Shown: piece after piece, positions 26,910 to 39,915 of the stretch
Layout: every line of letters starts with the position of its first letter
Position numbering within the stretch: the first letter of the stretch is position 1
Assembly (NCBI GenBank): GCA_964016885.1
Contig: OZ024741.1
Location: 189,162,001 to 189,226,000, forward strand
Origin: Eledone cirrhosa
Lineage: Eukaryota
Length of the DNA stretch: 64,000 bases
Reading direction: 5' to 3'
Notes under the pieces: model-generated
Seen by the model: only the letters and a program-made list of their open reading frames with translations
Databases searched by the model: none
What the model was told of the DNA's origin: nothing
Translations under genes and position numbers: made by a program

Positions 26910-27088
26910 GGGCGGTGGATTGGCAGTATTGGTAGAGGGTCGGACTCCATGCTTTCCAGCATAGTTACGTCCCTTTACAATCTGAGTTCAAATCCCGCCG
27001 AGGTTGACTTTGCCTTTCACCCTTACAGGGTCGATAAAATAAAGTACCAGTAATGCACTGGCCTTGTGCCTAAAGTAGAGACAATTAT
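26910..27088 (+). mobile_element. SINE family 2 (Meta-domain-like) with probable TSD
   Basis: ggcggtggattggcag..gagttcaaatccc..gcctttcacccttacagggtcgataaaataaagtacc; attatgaattYactagtta on both sides. Confidence 0.85.
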
Positions 27089-27333
27089 GAATTCACTAGT
27101 TAATGTGAGACTCCGAGACTTGCAACAAATATAGAATTCACTCTCTCTCTCTCTCAGGGTTTCACATTAACTGGTGGATTCATTCTAGGCACACAAGTGT
27201 GTGTGCGCATGCACACACACACACGCACACACACACACACACACACACTTATATGTATGTATAGTAATTATTTAAACTCTAAAATCTTAGTGAAACACTC
27301 AATCTATACTAAGATCCTCCATTTCTGTTATAG

Positions 27334-27526
27334 CTGGAGCCCGGATGATACGTCTTGGAGAGAACAATATTGACTATAGCGAGGATTTCAAATTTTACAT
27401 CACAACTAAACTAAGGAATCCTCATTACCTACCAGAAATTGCTACCAAAGTATCTTTGTTGAACTTCATGATAACACCAGAAGGTTTGGAGGATCAACTA
27501 CTGGAAATTGTTGTAGCCAAAGAACG
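27334..27526 (+). CDS. DNAH12: Dynein heavy chain exon (AAA5)
   Basis: gttatag|CT, cg|gtatga; (A)GARMIRLGENNIDYSEDFKFYITTKLRNPHYLPEIATKVSLLNFMITPEGLEDQLLEIVVAKE(R). Confidence 0.95.
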
Positions 27527-27702
27527 GTATGAATTACTTACTCTTTCATTCTTCTTTTCATACCAATTCTTTATATATATCTGAGGCTAATAATGTGTAG
27601 CTTCTCTTTACCTCTCCTACTAATACCGCAATAACCTTTGTTCTCATCTAGCTAGCTGCATATGTTCCCCAAACAATCTCACCTGACAAACCCATCCCTT
27701 TA

Positions 27703-27900
27703 CCAAGGTAGGCTGAGAAATTGATAGGCTGACTATGAACAATGGATGCTAGAGCTGTGAAATCTTGCATGCATTTTTTTCAACTATTCTTATTAAGAAC
27801 TACATTGTTTCTTTCCAGAGACTATGTTGAAAAATATATCTCAATTGGTCATTTCATGAGAGTATCTTGGTCAGCCTATGAACATTTCAACCAACCCTCA
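27703..27900 (+). mobile_element. Mariner-derived MITE (internal deletion derivative of 33753-34962)
   Basis: Left about 115 bp and right about 80 bp of the mariner joined at ctttccag|agactatgttgaaaa; TA flanks. Confidence 0.8.
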
Positions 27901-28959
27901 TATATCCCAACCTCTAGCTTTGGTGGCTCACTTCTTACATCCCACAAAAAATACTTTTCCCAACCATTCTGCTCTCAAACTGTCTTTGCCCACAGCCTTT
28001 TGGTATTCACCCATTCCCTATACATTTCTCAAACATTACTCTTTAGAAATGCAAAGCTTTGGTACCCTCTCTCTGTCCACTGGTTGTCCACAGTCCTTTG
28101 GTGCTTTCACTCAACCCACAGTTTGCTCACAATCTTCTTGTATTCTTTATTTGCCAGTACTTTACACACAATTGTCTAGTACTCTCCCCCTGCTCACACT
28201 TTACCCACAACTCTTTGTTAATCTCTCCTTTCTCACATTTAGCCCAAGACCAAGACCCACAGGAACAAACAATAGGCTATTTACACAGTCAATTTACCTG
28301 TGTCTGTTGTTTAAAAAGGTTGAGAAACACACACGTTGAATAATATAGCTCCATATACACAGTCTGAAGAAGATATGACAATCAAGACTTAGAATGCTTT
28401 CAATCATAGGTTTGTTGAAGTAGCAGCCAAATCTTCCTCAAATCATAACTTATATCTATTTTTTTTAAATTGTGAATAATATAGCCCACAAACACTACCC
28501 AAAAGAAGGCAGGATATTCATGGCTGGAATGCTTTCAATTATAAGTCTGCTGAAATTGCAGCCAAGTCTCTCTCAAATCACACCTTATACTCTATGTCTC
28601 AATACTATGTTAAAAGGAATAAACACAGGTTTGCTTACCTGAGGTTAAGCAACAAGATCAATCTTGTTTAGAACCTGATACTAGCAGCCAAATATAGAAA
28701 GTCATATTGGCTAACGGGGTCCTAGATATACTATATTTGAATGAAAAGATGGGATAGGATGATCATTGCTGGAACTGTGTTCTTAGATGGAGAACAAAAA
28801 CTATATCTAACTGCCCATCTAGATACATTGTAAGGAGAGTATTGCATTGATATCTATCTTATCATTGGATTTTTAAAGAAAGTTACCATCATATCTGAAG
28901 TGCTTAAAAGATCAACACCTCTGTTTTTCACTTCACCATCACATTTAGTGTAATAATAT

Positions 28960-29915
28960 CTGTTTCTATTTTTGGCACAAGACCAGCAATTTGAAGGGAA
29001 GGGGGGGGGGGGGGCAATTAAATCCACCCATGTGTATTACTGGTACTTTATTTTATCAAACCGTAAAGATGAAAGGCAAAGCTAACCCTGGTGGGATTTA
29101 AACTCAGAACATAAATGGCTGCAAGTATAGGCCACAAAAATTGATGTCCGACACACTACCAATACTGCCAATCTCCATCCTCGAGTGTAATAATTGTTTC
29201 TACTTTTGGCACAAGGCCAGCAATTACCCAGTGCATTACTGGTACTTTATTTTATCGACCCTTAAGAATGAAAGGCAATGTTAACCATGGCGGGATTTGA
29301 ACTCAGAACGTAAAAGGGAATAACTCTATGCTGCAAAGCATGGTGTCTGATGCTCTACCGATACTGCCAATCCACTGCCCTCTAGTGTAATAATAATAAT
29401 AATAATAATAAATCTTTCTAACATTGGCACAAGGCCAGAAATTTAAGCAAAGGGGAAAGTTGATTATATTAACCTCAGTACTTGGCTGGGACTATATGTT
29501 ATTAAGCATTGGTGGATTGGCAGTATCGGTAGAGGGACGGACGCCATGCTTTGACGCATAGAGTTACGGCCCTTGCCATTCTGAGTTCAAATCCCGCCAA
29601 GGTTAACTTTGCCTTTCATCCTTACGGGGTCGATAAAATAAAGTACCAGTAATACACTGGGTAATTGCTGGCCTTGTGCCAAAAGTAAAAACAACTATAT
29701 GTTATTAACCCCAGAAGGATAGAAGGCAAAGTTGAAGTTGGTGGGGTTGAACTCAGAAGATTACCCAGTGCATTACTGGTACTTTATTTTATTGACCCCG
29801 TAAGGATGAAAGGCAAAGTTAACCTCGGCAGGATTTGAACTCAGATCGTAAAGGGACGTAACTCTTTGCTGGAAAGCATAGCATCCGACCCTCTACCGAT
29901 ACTGCCAATCCATCA
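28960..29915. mobile_element. Cluster of at least 5 SINE family 2 copies in both orientations
   Basis: - copies about 28960-29180, 29195-29385, 29410-29490 (fragment), 29760-29912; + copy 29510-29695. Confidence 0.85.
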
Positions 29916-30154
29916 ATAATAATAATAATTTAAACTCGGAAATAATTTTCTTTCCATACATGCATATATACAGGTGTATGAATTATGATCATCACTCTTA
30001 CATCTGCTTTTCTTTACTGATATGGGTTGGACATTATTTTTTGAGACAATGTTCCTTGGTCAGATCCTTTTCCTCAGACAAACTCTTTTATTTACTTCTT
30101 ACTACATCCAAGAATATTGGTACTGATTATAAAAACTGAAATACAGACAGTAAT

Positions 30155-30203
<49 letters not shown>

Positions 30204-30514
30204 TGCATATATCCTGGTTGATTAAGAACTTCAGAATAAACTGCTGAAGAGCTTAAAGATAAATACTATCGTTAAATGAATATATATCATTTCTATATAT
30301 AAGAGAGCCAGTTGAATAGAAATATAGGCCAGCTTGATGAAGATGGATATGGAGAAATACTGTTTAGGAAATGGAATTCACACAATATTCTTAGGGGTAG
30401 TTCTCATGTGTGCTTCTGAAATCATTTTATTCTGAACATCTGCATACCAAGCCAAGTAACTACATATATATTATATATATGTTATATATATATATATATA
30501 TATATATCGTCATT

Positions 30515-30808
30515 CATCATCATTTCATTTTACGTCCGCTTTTTCCCTGCTTGATTTCTACAGCTGGATGCCCTTCCTAACACCTACCTCATTTACAGTG
30601 AGTGCTGGGTGCTTTTTTGCCGTGGCACCTCCACGACCACTTTACAGTGGAATGATATGGACCCCAGTCGCTATCATCTCATTTCTACAGCTGAGTAAAC
30701 TGGAGCAATGTGAAATAAAGTGAAACAACACATCACCTGGTCTGAGAATTGAACTCACAACCTTTCGATTGCAAGGCCAATGCTCTAACCACTAAGCCAT
30801 GTGCCTCC
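30515..30808 (-). mobile_element. CORE-like SINE with RTE tail
   Basis: Reverse complement of 24817 family, with internal deletions. Confidence 0.85.
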
Positions 30809-30892
<84 letters not shown>

Positions 30893-31479
30893 TGGTGTGT
30901 GTATGTGCATTTTCTAGGAAATGAAGACATAGTGCCACTATGCACGAAAGTAATATATTTGTTGTTGTTGTTATAAGCATCATCATCAGCAGCAACATCT
31001 CTGTTATTATGAACAGATATGAGACAAACTTCTATACCTCTATAACATTAGCAAAATACAATGATTTTATATACTTTTATACAGTTTATCTTTTGTTCGA
31101 CTTCAAAGTCTCTTCCATTGACAGACCACTTATGCACAACTTTAAAGTGCATTGCTGTTTTTCTCTCCTCTTCTCCATTCCACTCTCTCCCTCACTCTTA
31201 ATGTCTCTACCTGTATGCTGATGTTTTTTCATATATACATATACGTGTAGGCGCTATGGTAAAAATGCACCCAGTACTCACTGTAAATGAGGTTAGTGTT
31301 AGGAAGGGCATCCAGCTGTAGAAATCAAGCCAAAATCATTTCTGTATGAGCAAGCATGGTCACCTGACTTGGCATTGCCCACAACAGGACAACCCATCTA
31401 ACCCATCTAGCGTGGAAGAATGGTCATAAAACGGTGATGATGATATATATATTTCATATATATGTATATATATACACAC

Positions 31480-31775
31480 TGGGTATAAGAGGCATATGTT
31501 GTGCTGTGCAGGAGAGAAGGCTGAGATGGTATGGACATGTGATGCGCATGGAGGATGACCGCTGGGTAAAGAAGTGCCAAGAAATCCCAGTAGAAGGAAG
31601 ACGCAGTAGAGGTAGACCACGAAAAACATGGGCGGAGGTGGTGAGAGCAGACCTCAGATCGCTGAAACTCACCAAGGAGATGACGAAGGACCATGGCAAG
31701 TGGAGAGATGCTGTGCTGAATAGGACCCGTCCAACCCTTGCAAGCAGGGAAAAGCGGACGTAAAATGATGATGAT
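31480..31775 (+). mobile_element. RTE LINE family B 3' end
   Basis: ERRLRWYGHVMRM...GRPRKTW...[18 protein letters not shown] with stop directly at (GAT)n tail; also at 58790-58940(-) and 59680-59860(-). Confidence 0.85.
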
Positions 31776-31789
31776 GGTGATATATATAT

Positions 31790-32318
31790 ATAAGGTTGAA
31801 AGAGATAGAAGGCTAAATAATGCAAAATGGACTGTAAGATGAAGTAATGAAAAGTAAAAGTTACCTGGTAATCTTTGTTGTTGTTGTTCTTCTTTTATCT
31901 GTCCAATATTTCGGGACTTAAAAGTCCCTTTATCAGGGTTTAAAAAACTTTCAGTAGATAACGTTCCAATTTTATCCCAAAGAGATGAAATTGGAACGTA
32001 ATCTACTGAAGGGACTTTTAAGTCCCGAAATATTGGACAGATAAAAGAACAACAAAACAAAGATTACCAGGTAACTTTTACTTTTCATATATATGATGAT
32101 GTATATATAAAATATATACAATGCTGCAAGTAAACTATAACATTTTAATATATATATATATGAAAAAACAGCAGTATTTCACCGTAATACCTGCACTATA
32201 TATGTGCAGGTAGTCAAATATGCTTACGCTGTATTTGACTAAATAAAATTTTCCTTTTCGTTACCTCATCTTACAGTCCATTTTGTATTGTTTAGCCTTC
32301 TATCTCTTTCAACGTTAT
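31790..32318. repeat. Nested inverted repeats (fold-back element)
   Basis: 31847-31976 vs 31984-32088 arms; outer 31790-31847 vs 32260-32318; internal gggactt/aagtccc-GAAA hairpin. Confidence 0.8.
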
Positions 32319-32387
32319 ATATTATATACAATGCTTCAAGCAAACTATAACATTTTAATATATATATATATTTCACCGTACTACCTG

Positions 32388-32429
<42 letters not shown>

Positions 32430-32520
32430 GTAACATGTGCTTACACCGTATTTGACTAAATAGAATTAGTCTGTTAGTCGGGATTTAAAAAACCCTCTGA
32501 ATGGAAAAAAGGATGAGTAT

Positions 32521-32591
32521 TGACATACATGGGACACGAACCCACATCTTTGGTTTGCCGGACCAATGTGTTACCATTACACAAATACACC
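32521..32591 (-). pseudogene. tRNA-like cloverleaf (anticodon GGC), probably SINE head or pseudo-tRNA
   Basis: D stem gtgt/acac, anticodon stem ttggt/accaa loop ccGGCaa, T stem gtggg/cccat loop ttcgtgt; acceptor stem mostly G-U; C at position 33. Confidence 0.55.
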
Positions 32592-32797
32592 ACTCATACT
32601 TCCTTCCATTCAATTAGAAGCTATATAACCATAGCAGGTATATATATGTATATAAAAAGGGAGACACAAAGCAGGCTTTGTTTACAAACGGCTAGCAAAT
32701 CTGAAAATTGGGTAGTAACATGAGCTTGCGGCGTATTTGACTAAATAAAATTAGTCTCTTAGTTGGGATTTAAAAAAACCCTCTGAATGGAAAAAAA

Positions 32798-33225
32798 GTT
32801 CCATGTAAAGTACTCATATAGGCATTTAGAAAGTTAGGAGTGGAGGAATGGTTAGTTAGAATACTGATGAGAACATATGAAAGAGCCTGTGCAGTTGAAA
32901 GGATATAGGGATGGAAAGAAACAAGTTTGAAGTAAAGTTTGAGTGCATTGCAGTTCAGTATTAAACCCACTACAATTTGTTGATGTGATGGAGACACTTG
33001 TCCAAAGTATTAAGGAGGGTTTACCATGGGAGTTACTGTATTCAGATGACCTGGTGTTAATAGCAGAGTGTATGACTGGACCAAAGGTGAAAATGAATAG
33101 GTCAAAGAAATGTATGGAAGCACAAAGTATGAAGGTGAATATTGGAAATATAAAGGTGATGGCAAGTGGTAAAGCATGTGGTGGGGTGGAAAAAACAAGA
33201 TGGTTGGCATGTGCAGTGGAATAAA
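32798..33225 (+). mobile_element. Decayed RTE RT fragment
   Basis: GLPWELLYSDDLVLIAE. Confidence 0.75.
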
Positions 33226-33463
33226 CTTCTGAACTACATTGCCATGCCTGTTTTAGTGTTGTTTTTCTCTGTGTTGAAGTATAACTTAGTGCTTCAATAG
33301 ACACTGCTAAAATATACCAGCCTGACAAAGTACTGGACTTGATATGATCAACTAAAGACCTTAGAAGGCAGTGACCCAGCATGGCTCTATTGCAACAAAT
33401 AAAACCCATAAAAGAATGGAAAAATTTATGTCATGCTTTTGGTTATTTCTATTTTTCTATCAG

Positions 33464-33656
33464 ACCGGAGTTAGCTGAGGAACGTCAAGCTTTGATTTTC
33501 CAAAGTGCCACCAATAAGAGACAACTGAAAGAAATTGAGGACAAAATCCTACATACTTTATCCGAATCCAAAGGAAACATTCTGGAAGACGAATCAGCCA
33601 TTCAAATTTTGGATTCTTCAAAAATTCTTTCCAATGATATTTCAAAGAAACAAATG
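33464..33656 (+). CDS. DNAH12: Dynein heavy chain exon (buttress coiled coil)
   Basis: ctatcag|A, atg|gtttgt; (R)PELAEERQALIFQSATNKRQLKEIEDKILHTLSESKGNILEDESAIQILDSSKILSNDISKKQM. Confidence 0.95.
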
Positions 33657-33752
33657 GTTTGTAACTTCTTCTCTCTTTCCAAAAAGTGAAAAAATATATA
33701 TTATAGGATGGGTGCAGGACTGGATGTTACATTAAATAAAAATAAGCACATA

Positions 33753-34962
33753 CAAGGTTGGGCTGAAAATTTCATAATCTGACTATGAAGGAATGATGCT
33801 AGAGCTGTAGAATCTTGCATGTATTAATTTCAACTCTTTTTATTAATAACTACATTGTTTCTTTCCAGATAAACTGACATTTGACTGTCAAAGACGACTT
33901 CAAACATAACTAGTAGTGACAAAATTTGGCAACATGATGTTATAAAGTACCCACAGAAAAAAAGGTTTGGCCTCCCAAAGATATTCATGCTGACATAGTT
34001 GCTACATTAGGGGATGACACTGCAGATTTATCAACAGTGCAAAAGTGGGCAGCTGAATTTAGAGGGGGAAGGGAGAGTCTTGAAGATGAACCAATGTCTG
34101 GAAGTCCTACAACTGCCACCACCGAGAAAAACATTGATCGTATTCAGCACATGGTAATGGATAATAGGTGATTAACTATAAATCAAATAGCCAATGCTAT
34201 TAGCATAACCCGTGAGAGAGTTGAGAATATTCTGCACAATGAACTTGACATGACAAAGGTTTCTGCTTGGTGGGTGCCACATTTTCTGACACCTGATCAA
34301 AAGGGGTCCAGGCTGATCACATCATGGGAAAATCTGACATTGTTTGAGACAGATCCAGCTGGTTTTTTGGAACTTTTTCTAACTCAAGATGAGTGTTGGG
34401 TTCATCACTTTGTGCCAGAGACAAAGAGACAATGCATGCAGTGGAAAAATTCTTCTTCACCTGCTCCAAAGAAGGTCAAGGTCGTTTCATTTGAAGGGAT
34501 GGTGATGGCCTCAGTTTTGGGAGATGCAAAAGGCATTGTATTTATTGACTCTCTTCAAAAGGGCCACATCATTAATGGATACTAACTTGCTGAGGCAGAT
34601 ACGAAGCACCCAGGACTGATGAAGGAGGTCTAGTTTCATCAGGACAATGGCTGCTGTGCATGACTATGACTTTGAACTGGTTGATCGCTCTCCCCATTCT
34701 CCTGATTTGGCTCCATCTGACTATCATATGTTCCTCAACATGGCTGGGAACCAGTATCACAGTGATGGTGATGTCATATCTGCTGTCAATGACTTTTTTT
34801 ACCAACAGGATAAAAGCTTCTTCAACAATCGGATCCAACCATTGGAACACCGATGGAAGAAGTTTGTGGACTGCAAGGGGGACTTTGTTGAAAATAAACC
34901 TCATTTGGTCATATTCCATAAGAGTATTTTGATCAGCCTATGAACTTTTCATCCAACCCTTG
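33753..34962 (+). mobile_element. Mariner (Tc1/mariner) DNA transposon, decayed
   Basis: About 30 bp imperfect TIRs with TA TSD; WVPHFLT, QDECWVHHF, HQDN, PHSPDLAPSDY motifs; stops, frameshifts and deletions. Confidence 0.9.
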
Positions 34963-35096
34963 TACTTAGGGAATCAAGGGAAGGGGAGAACTATTTTATT
35001 AAAATTAAATGTATTTGTCATTAAAAAAAACAACTTTTTTGCAGACTTTATATATGAGGGTGGAGGTGGAGAGACCATAATCTTTTAAGTGCTTCA

Positions 35097-37068
35097 TCTG
35101 TACCTAGTAAATACAGGGCTACCACAATTCCCTGTTACATAGTCAGTGGCTAGTAATACAGGGCTACCATAGCTCCCTCTTATATAGTCTGTACCTAGTA
35201 ATACAGGGCTACTATAGCTCCCTCTGTCCCTAGTAATACTGCAGCTCCCTCTTATATAGTCTATACCTAGTAATACAGAGCTACCATAGCTCCCTTATAT
35301 AGTCTATACCTAGTAATACAGGGCTACCATAGCTCCCTCTTATATAGTCTATACCTAGTAATACAGGGCTACCATAGCTCCCTTATATAGTCTATACCTA
35401 GTAATACAGGGCTACCATAGCTCCCTCTTATATAGTCTATACCTAGTAATACAGGGCTACCATAGCTCCCTTATATAGTCTGTATCTAGTAATACAGGGC
35501 TACTATAGCTCCCTCTTATATAGTCTGTACCTAGTAATACAGGGCTACCATAGCTCCCTTATATAGTCTGTATCTAGTAATACAGGGCTACTATAGCTCC
35601 CTCTTATATAGTCTATACCTAGTAAATACAGGGCTACCATAGCTCCCTCTTATATAGTCTATACCTAGTAATACAGGGCTACCATAGCTCCCTTATATAG
35701 TCTATACCTAGTAATACAGGGCTACCATAGCTCCCTTATATAGTCTATACCTAGTAATACAGGGCTACCATAGCTCCCTTATATAGTCTGTATCTAGTAA
35801 TACAGGGCTACTATAGCTCCCTCTTATATAGTCTGTACCTAGTAATACAGGGCTACCATAGCTCCCTTATATAGTCTGTATCTAGTAATACAGGGCTACT
35901 ATAGCTCCCTTATATAGTCTGTATCTAGTAATACAGGGCTACCATAGCTCCCTTATATAGTCTATACCTAGTAATACAGGGCTACCATAGCTCCCTTATA
36001 TAGTCTATACCTAGTAATACAGGGCTACCATAGCTCCCTTATATAGTCTATACCTAGTAATACAGGGCTACCATAGCTCCCTTATATAGTCTCTACCTAG
36101 TAATACAGGGCTACCATAGCTCCCTCTTATATAGTCTATACCTAGTAATACAGGGCTACCATAGCTTCCTCTTATATAGTCTATACCTAGTAATACAGGG
36201 CTACCATAGCTCCCTCTTATATAGTCTATACCTAGTAATACAGGGCTACTGCAGCTCCCTTATATAGTCTGTACCTAGTAATACAGGGCTACCATAGCTC
36301 CCTTATATAGTCTATACCTAGTAATACAGGGCTACCATAGCTCCCTCTTATATAGTCTATACCTAGTAATACAGGGCTACCATAGCTCCCTCTTATATAG
36401 TCTATACCTAGTAATACAGGACCACCATAGCTCCCTCTTATGTATACTATACCTAGTAATACAGGGCTACCATAGCTCCCTCTTATATAGTCTATACCTA
36501 GTAATACAGGGCTACCATAGCTCCCTTATATAGTCTATACCTAGTAATACAGGGCTACCATAGCTCCCTTATATAGTCTATACCTAGTAATACAGGGCTA
36601 CCATAGCTCCCTCTTATATAGTCTATACCTAGTAATACAGGACCACCATAGCTCCCTCTTATGTATACTATACCTAGTAATACAGGGCTACCATAGCTCC
36701 CTCTTATATAGTCTATACCTAGTAATACAGGGCTACCATAGGTCCCTTATATAGTCTATACCTAGTAATACAGGGCTACCATAGCTTCCACTTATATAGT
36801 CTATACCTAGTAATACAGGGCTACCATAGCTCCCTCTTATATAGTCTATACCTAGTAATACAGGGCTACCATAGCTCCCTCTTGTATAGTCTATACCTAG
36901 TAATACAGGGCTACCATAGCTCCCTTATATAGTCTGTACCTAGTAATACAGGGCTACCATAGCTCCCTCTTGTATAGTCTATACCTAGTAATATAGGACC
37001 ACCATAGCTCCCTCTGTCCCTAGTAAATACAGGACCACCATAGCTCCCTCTTATGTATACTATGCCTA
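35097..37068. repeat. 43/45-bp minisatellite, about 45 units
   Basis: tctatacctagtaatacagggctaccatagctccc(tc)ttatatag. Confidence 0.97.
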
Positions 37069-37210
37069 GCTTTAACAGCTGCTCTCTCTCAAATTTAATA
37101 CACTTGCTTGATAAAAATCAGCATATTCAATATTATAGAATTTTCAAAAAATCAAAGGTAACCAAATATAATTCTCACCCTTTGATATATTAAAATAATA
37201 TGTGTAAAGT

Positions 37211-37242
<32 letters not shown>

Positions 37243-37664
37243 GTGTTCCCACTACACAACTTTTCGTGCGTTAGGTTTGTACAATGTGTTGCCCTATGTT
37301 GTTATAATTTTTACTGTTGTGTCTCAAGTATTCTACATAAAATGTATGCAGTGCTTAATACTGCTCTTTTTTGTATGCTGTGTGTATATATGTGAGCCCT
37401 CTAATATTCTACGTAATGTGTATATGCAGTACTTAGTAGTGCTGTTATCTGTATGATGTGTATATTTTTAAGTCCTGTAACATGTATGTGAGTACATCCT
37501 GTAATATGTATTTGTAATACCTACCATCTTCATTGCCATCATGATATGTTCACTTTCTATGATGTCATATATTGGATGGGTTGTCACAGTCTGGGACAAA
37601 ACAGATTGGAGAGACTATGTTTGGCCTAGTTTCTATGGTTAGATGCCCTTCCTAATAACAACCA

Positions 37665-37938
37665 CTTTACAGAGTGTACCATGTAGATTTCATCATGGAA
37701 CCAGCACTACCTCTTTACAGAGTATACAATGTAGATTTCATCATGGAACCAGCACTACCTCTTTACAGAGTATACAATGTAGATTTCATCATGGAACCAG
37801 CACTACCTCTTTACAGAGTATACAATGTAGATTTCATCATGGAACCAGCACTACCTCTTTACAGAGTATACAATGTAGATTTCATCATGGAACCAGCACT
37901 ACCTCTTTACAGAGTATACAATGTGGATTTCATCATGG
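37665..37938. repeat. 48-bp minisatellite, about 5.5 units, expanded inside an RTE/SINE tail remnant
   Basis: ctttacagagtatacaatgtagatttcatcatggaaccagcactacct, preceded by gatgcccttcctaat. Confidence 0.92.
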
Positions 37939-38279
37939 CAACAGTGTGCATTTTATCATGGCACCAGCACTAGAAATGCTGTCATATGCTCTGCCAGACA
38001 GTATTGCCTTGTTTGATTACCATCCATATTTCCATATTACAGAGTGGTCTGATTGCATTTCATCATGACTCTAGCTCTATAAAGGGTGTCAGGTACTCAC
38101 CAGGTTCAGAAGGTCCTCACTAATCTATGCTGTATTTGTCTTTGTTATAGGATGTACTAGTACATTTCATTATGATGCCAGTTTGCTTCAATCACTGCAA
38201 GCTAAAGAGATCTCTCTACATAATCTTCAGTCTTTTGCTACATTTATTCTTAGAAACAATGTGCTTGTACTGGTGGGCA

Positions 38280-38585
38280 GGTCTTTTGCTTTGTAGTCAG
38301 AGTATTTGGCTTACAATCATTAGGTTGTGAGTTCGATTCCCAGTGGCATGTTGTGTCCTTGGGCAAGATACTTTATTCATGTTGCTTCAGTTCACTCAGC
38401 TGGCAAAATTGAGTTGTACTTGTATTTCGAATGGCCAGCCTTGTCACATTCTTTGTTATGCTGAATCTCCTTGACAAATACGTTAAGAGTATGCATATCT
38501 GTGGAATGTTCAGCCACTTGCACGTTAATTTCATGAGCAGTTGATCGGATCAACTGGAACACTCATTGTCATAAATGATGGAGTG
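38280..38585 (+). mobile_element. CORE-like SINE with a different tail
   Basis: gagttcgattccc B box, tgtgtccttgggcaagatacttt; tail matches 6125-6290. Confidence 0.7.
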
Positions 38586-38904
38586 CTTTCATATTGTCAG
38601 TCAACTCAGTCCTGTGCCATCTCCTTCATAAGGTTCAGTTTCTTGAAGTTATTCTTCACAACTTCATCCTATGTCTTTTTTGGTCTCTCTCTTCGACAGC
38701 TTCTGACTACTTCACTCAGATGGATTTTTATAGTTTTCACTCTCCTCATGACCATACCAATGCAATTGTCTTTTACACTCTATATTTGATTCCTCTTATA
38801 CTCAGCTTTTCTCTCAGATCATTTGCACTTTGTACATTAACATTACACATCTAGCAGAGCATGCATGCTTTGTTTCTGACTCATGAGTCATTATATATAG
38901 TGAA

Positions 38905-39130
38905 GGCACAAGGCCTAGTGGTAAGGGTGTTGATCTTGGGTTTGATTCCTGGGCTGGATTGCATGTTGTGTTCTTGAGCAAAACACTTCATTTTTCATGT
39001 TACTCCAGTATATTCAGCTGAAAATGAGTACCAGCAATAGCTGAGGGTTTAACCCTGTGATAGACTGGCGTCCTGTCCAGGGGGGAGTCTTGTACACTCA
39101 GTCGTTTCATATCATGAAACCGGGATAAGC
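38905..39130 (+). mobile_element. CORE-like SINE (older)
   Basis: ggcctagtggtaagg, ttcttgagcaaaacactt, aaccctgtgatagactggcgtcctgtccagggg. Confidence 0.65.
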
Positions 39131-39255
39131 ACTGGCTCAACATGCTGCTTGCAGCGCATGCGGGAATGCATGCATTATATATATATATGTATGCACTTCT
39201 TTTAATCATTCCTGAGACACCTAATAGAGGTTGTTTCTATTTTCAGTCCCTATAT

Positions 39256-39300
<45 letters not shown>

Positions 39301-39619
39301 AAGAGAAACAATATATTCTTCTCTTTCTTAGTTACTGTTCCCCCTAATTCTATCAGAGCAGACAGTTTAGATTTAATTTTAAATTATTTGCAAGCAGTTT
39401 TACTGACAAATGTGATGAAGTATTTTTCATCACCTTTTATCTTTTACAATCTGGTTACAATTTCCAACAAATTATTTTAAACTGTTGATCATCATTGGTG
39501 ATGATGGTGATGATGATAACAATGATGTTCACAGAAAGAGACAAAAATAATGAAAAAAAATTTTTTTTTTGGGGGGGGGGGGGATTCAAAATTTTTTTTT
39601 TTAAGGAAGGTGACAGCAG

Positions 39620-39915
39620 TTGTAGTGGTGGTAGTGGTGGTGGTGGTGGTGGTAATGATGGTGGTAGTGGTGGTGGTGGTGGTGGTGGTGGTGGTAATGG
39701 TGGTGGTGGTGGTGGTAATGATGGTGGTGGTGGTGGTGGTGGTGGTGGTGGTGGTGGTAATGATGGTAGTGGTGGTGGTGGTAATGGTGGTGGTGGTGGT
39801 AATGATGGTAGTGGTGGTGGTGGTAGGGATGGTGATAATGATGGTAGTGGTGATGATGGTGGTTGTGATGGTGTTGGTGTTGATGGTGGTAATGATGGTG
39901 GTGGTGGTGGTGGAG
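39620..39915. repeat. (GGT/GAT)n tract
   Basis: Source of poly-G, poly-P, poly-V and poly-H ORFs. Confidence 0.9.

Noticed and set aside
27742-28343. Overlapping 94-153 aa ORFs
   Set aside because: Span a mariner MITE and C/T-rich low-complexity sequence; no recognisable motifs.
35097-37068. CRISPR array
   Set aside because: Units are contiguous with no unique spacers, no cas genes, and the context is a eukaryotic intron.
37643-38068. Repeat protein ORFs (STTSLQSIQCRFHHG)n
   Set aside because: 48-bp unit is a multiple of 3 so frames stay open; derived from a retroelement tail.
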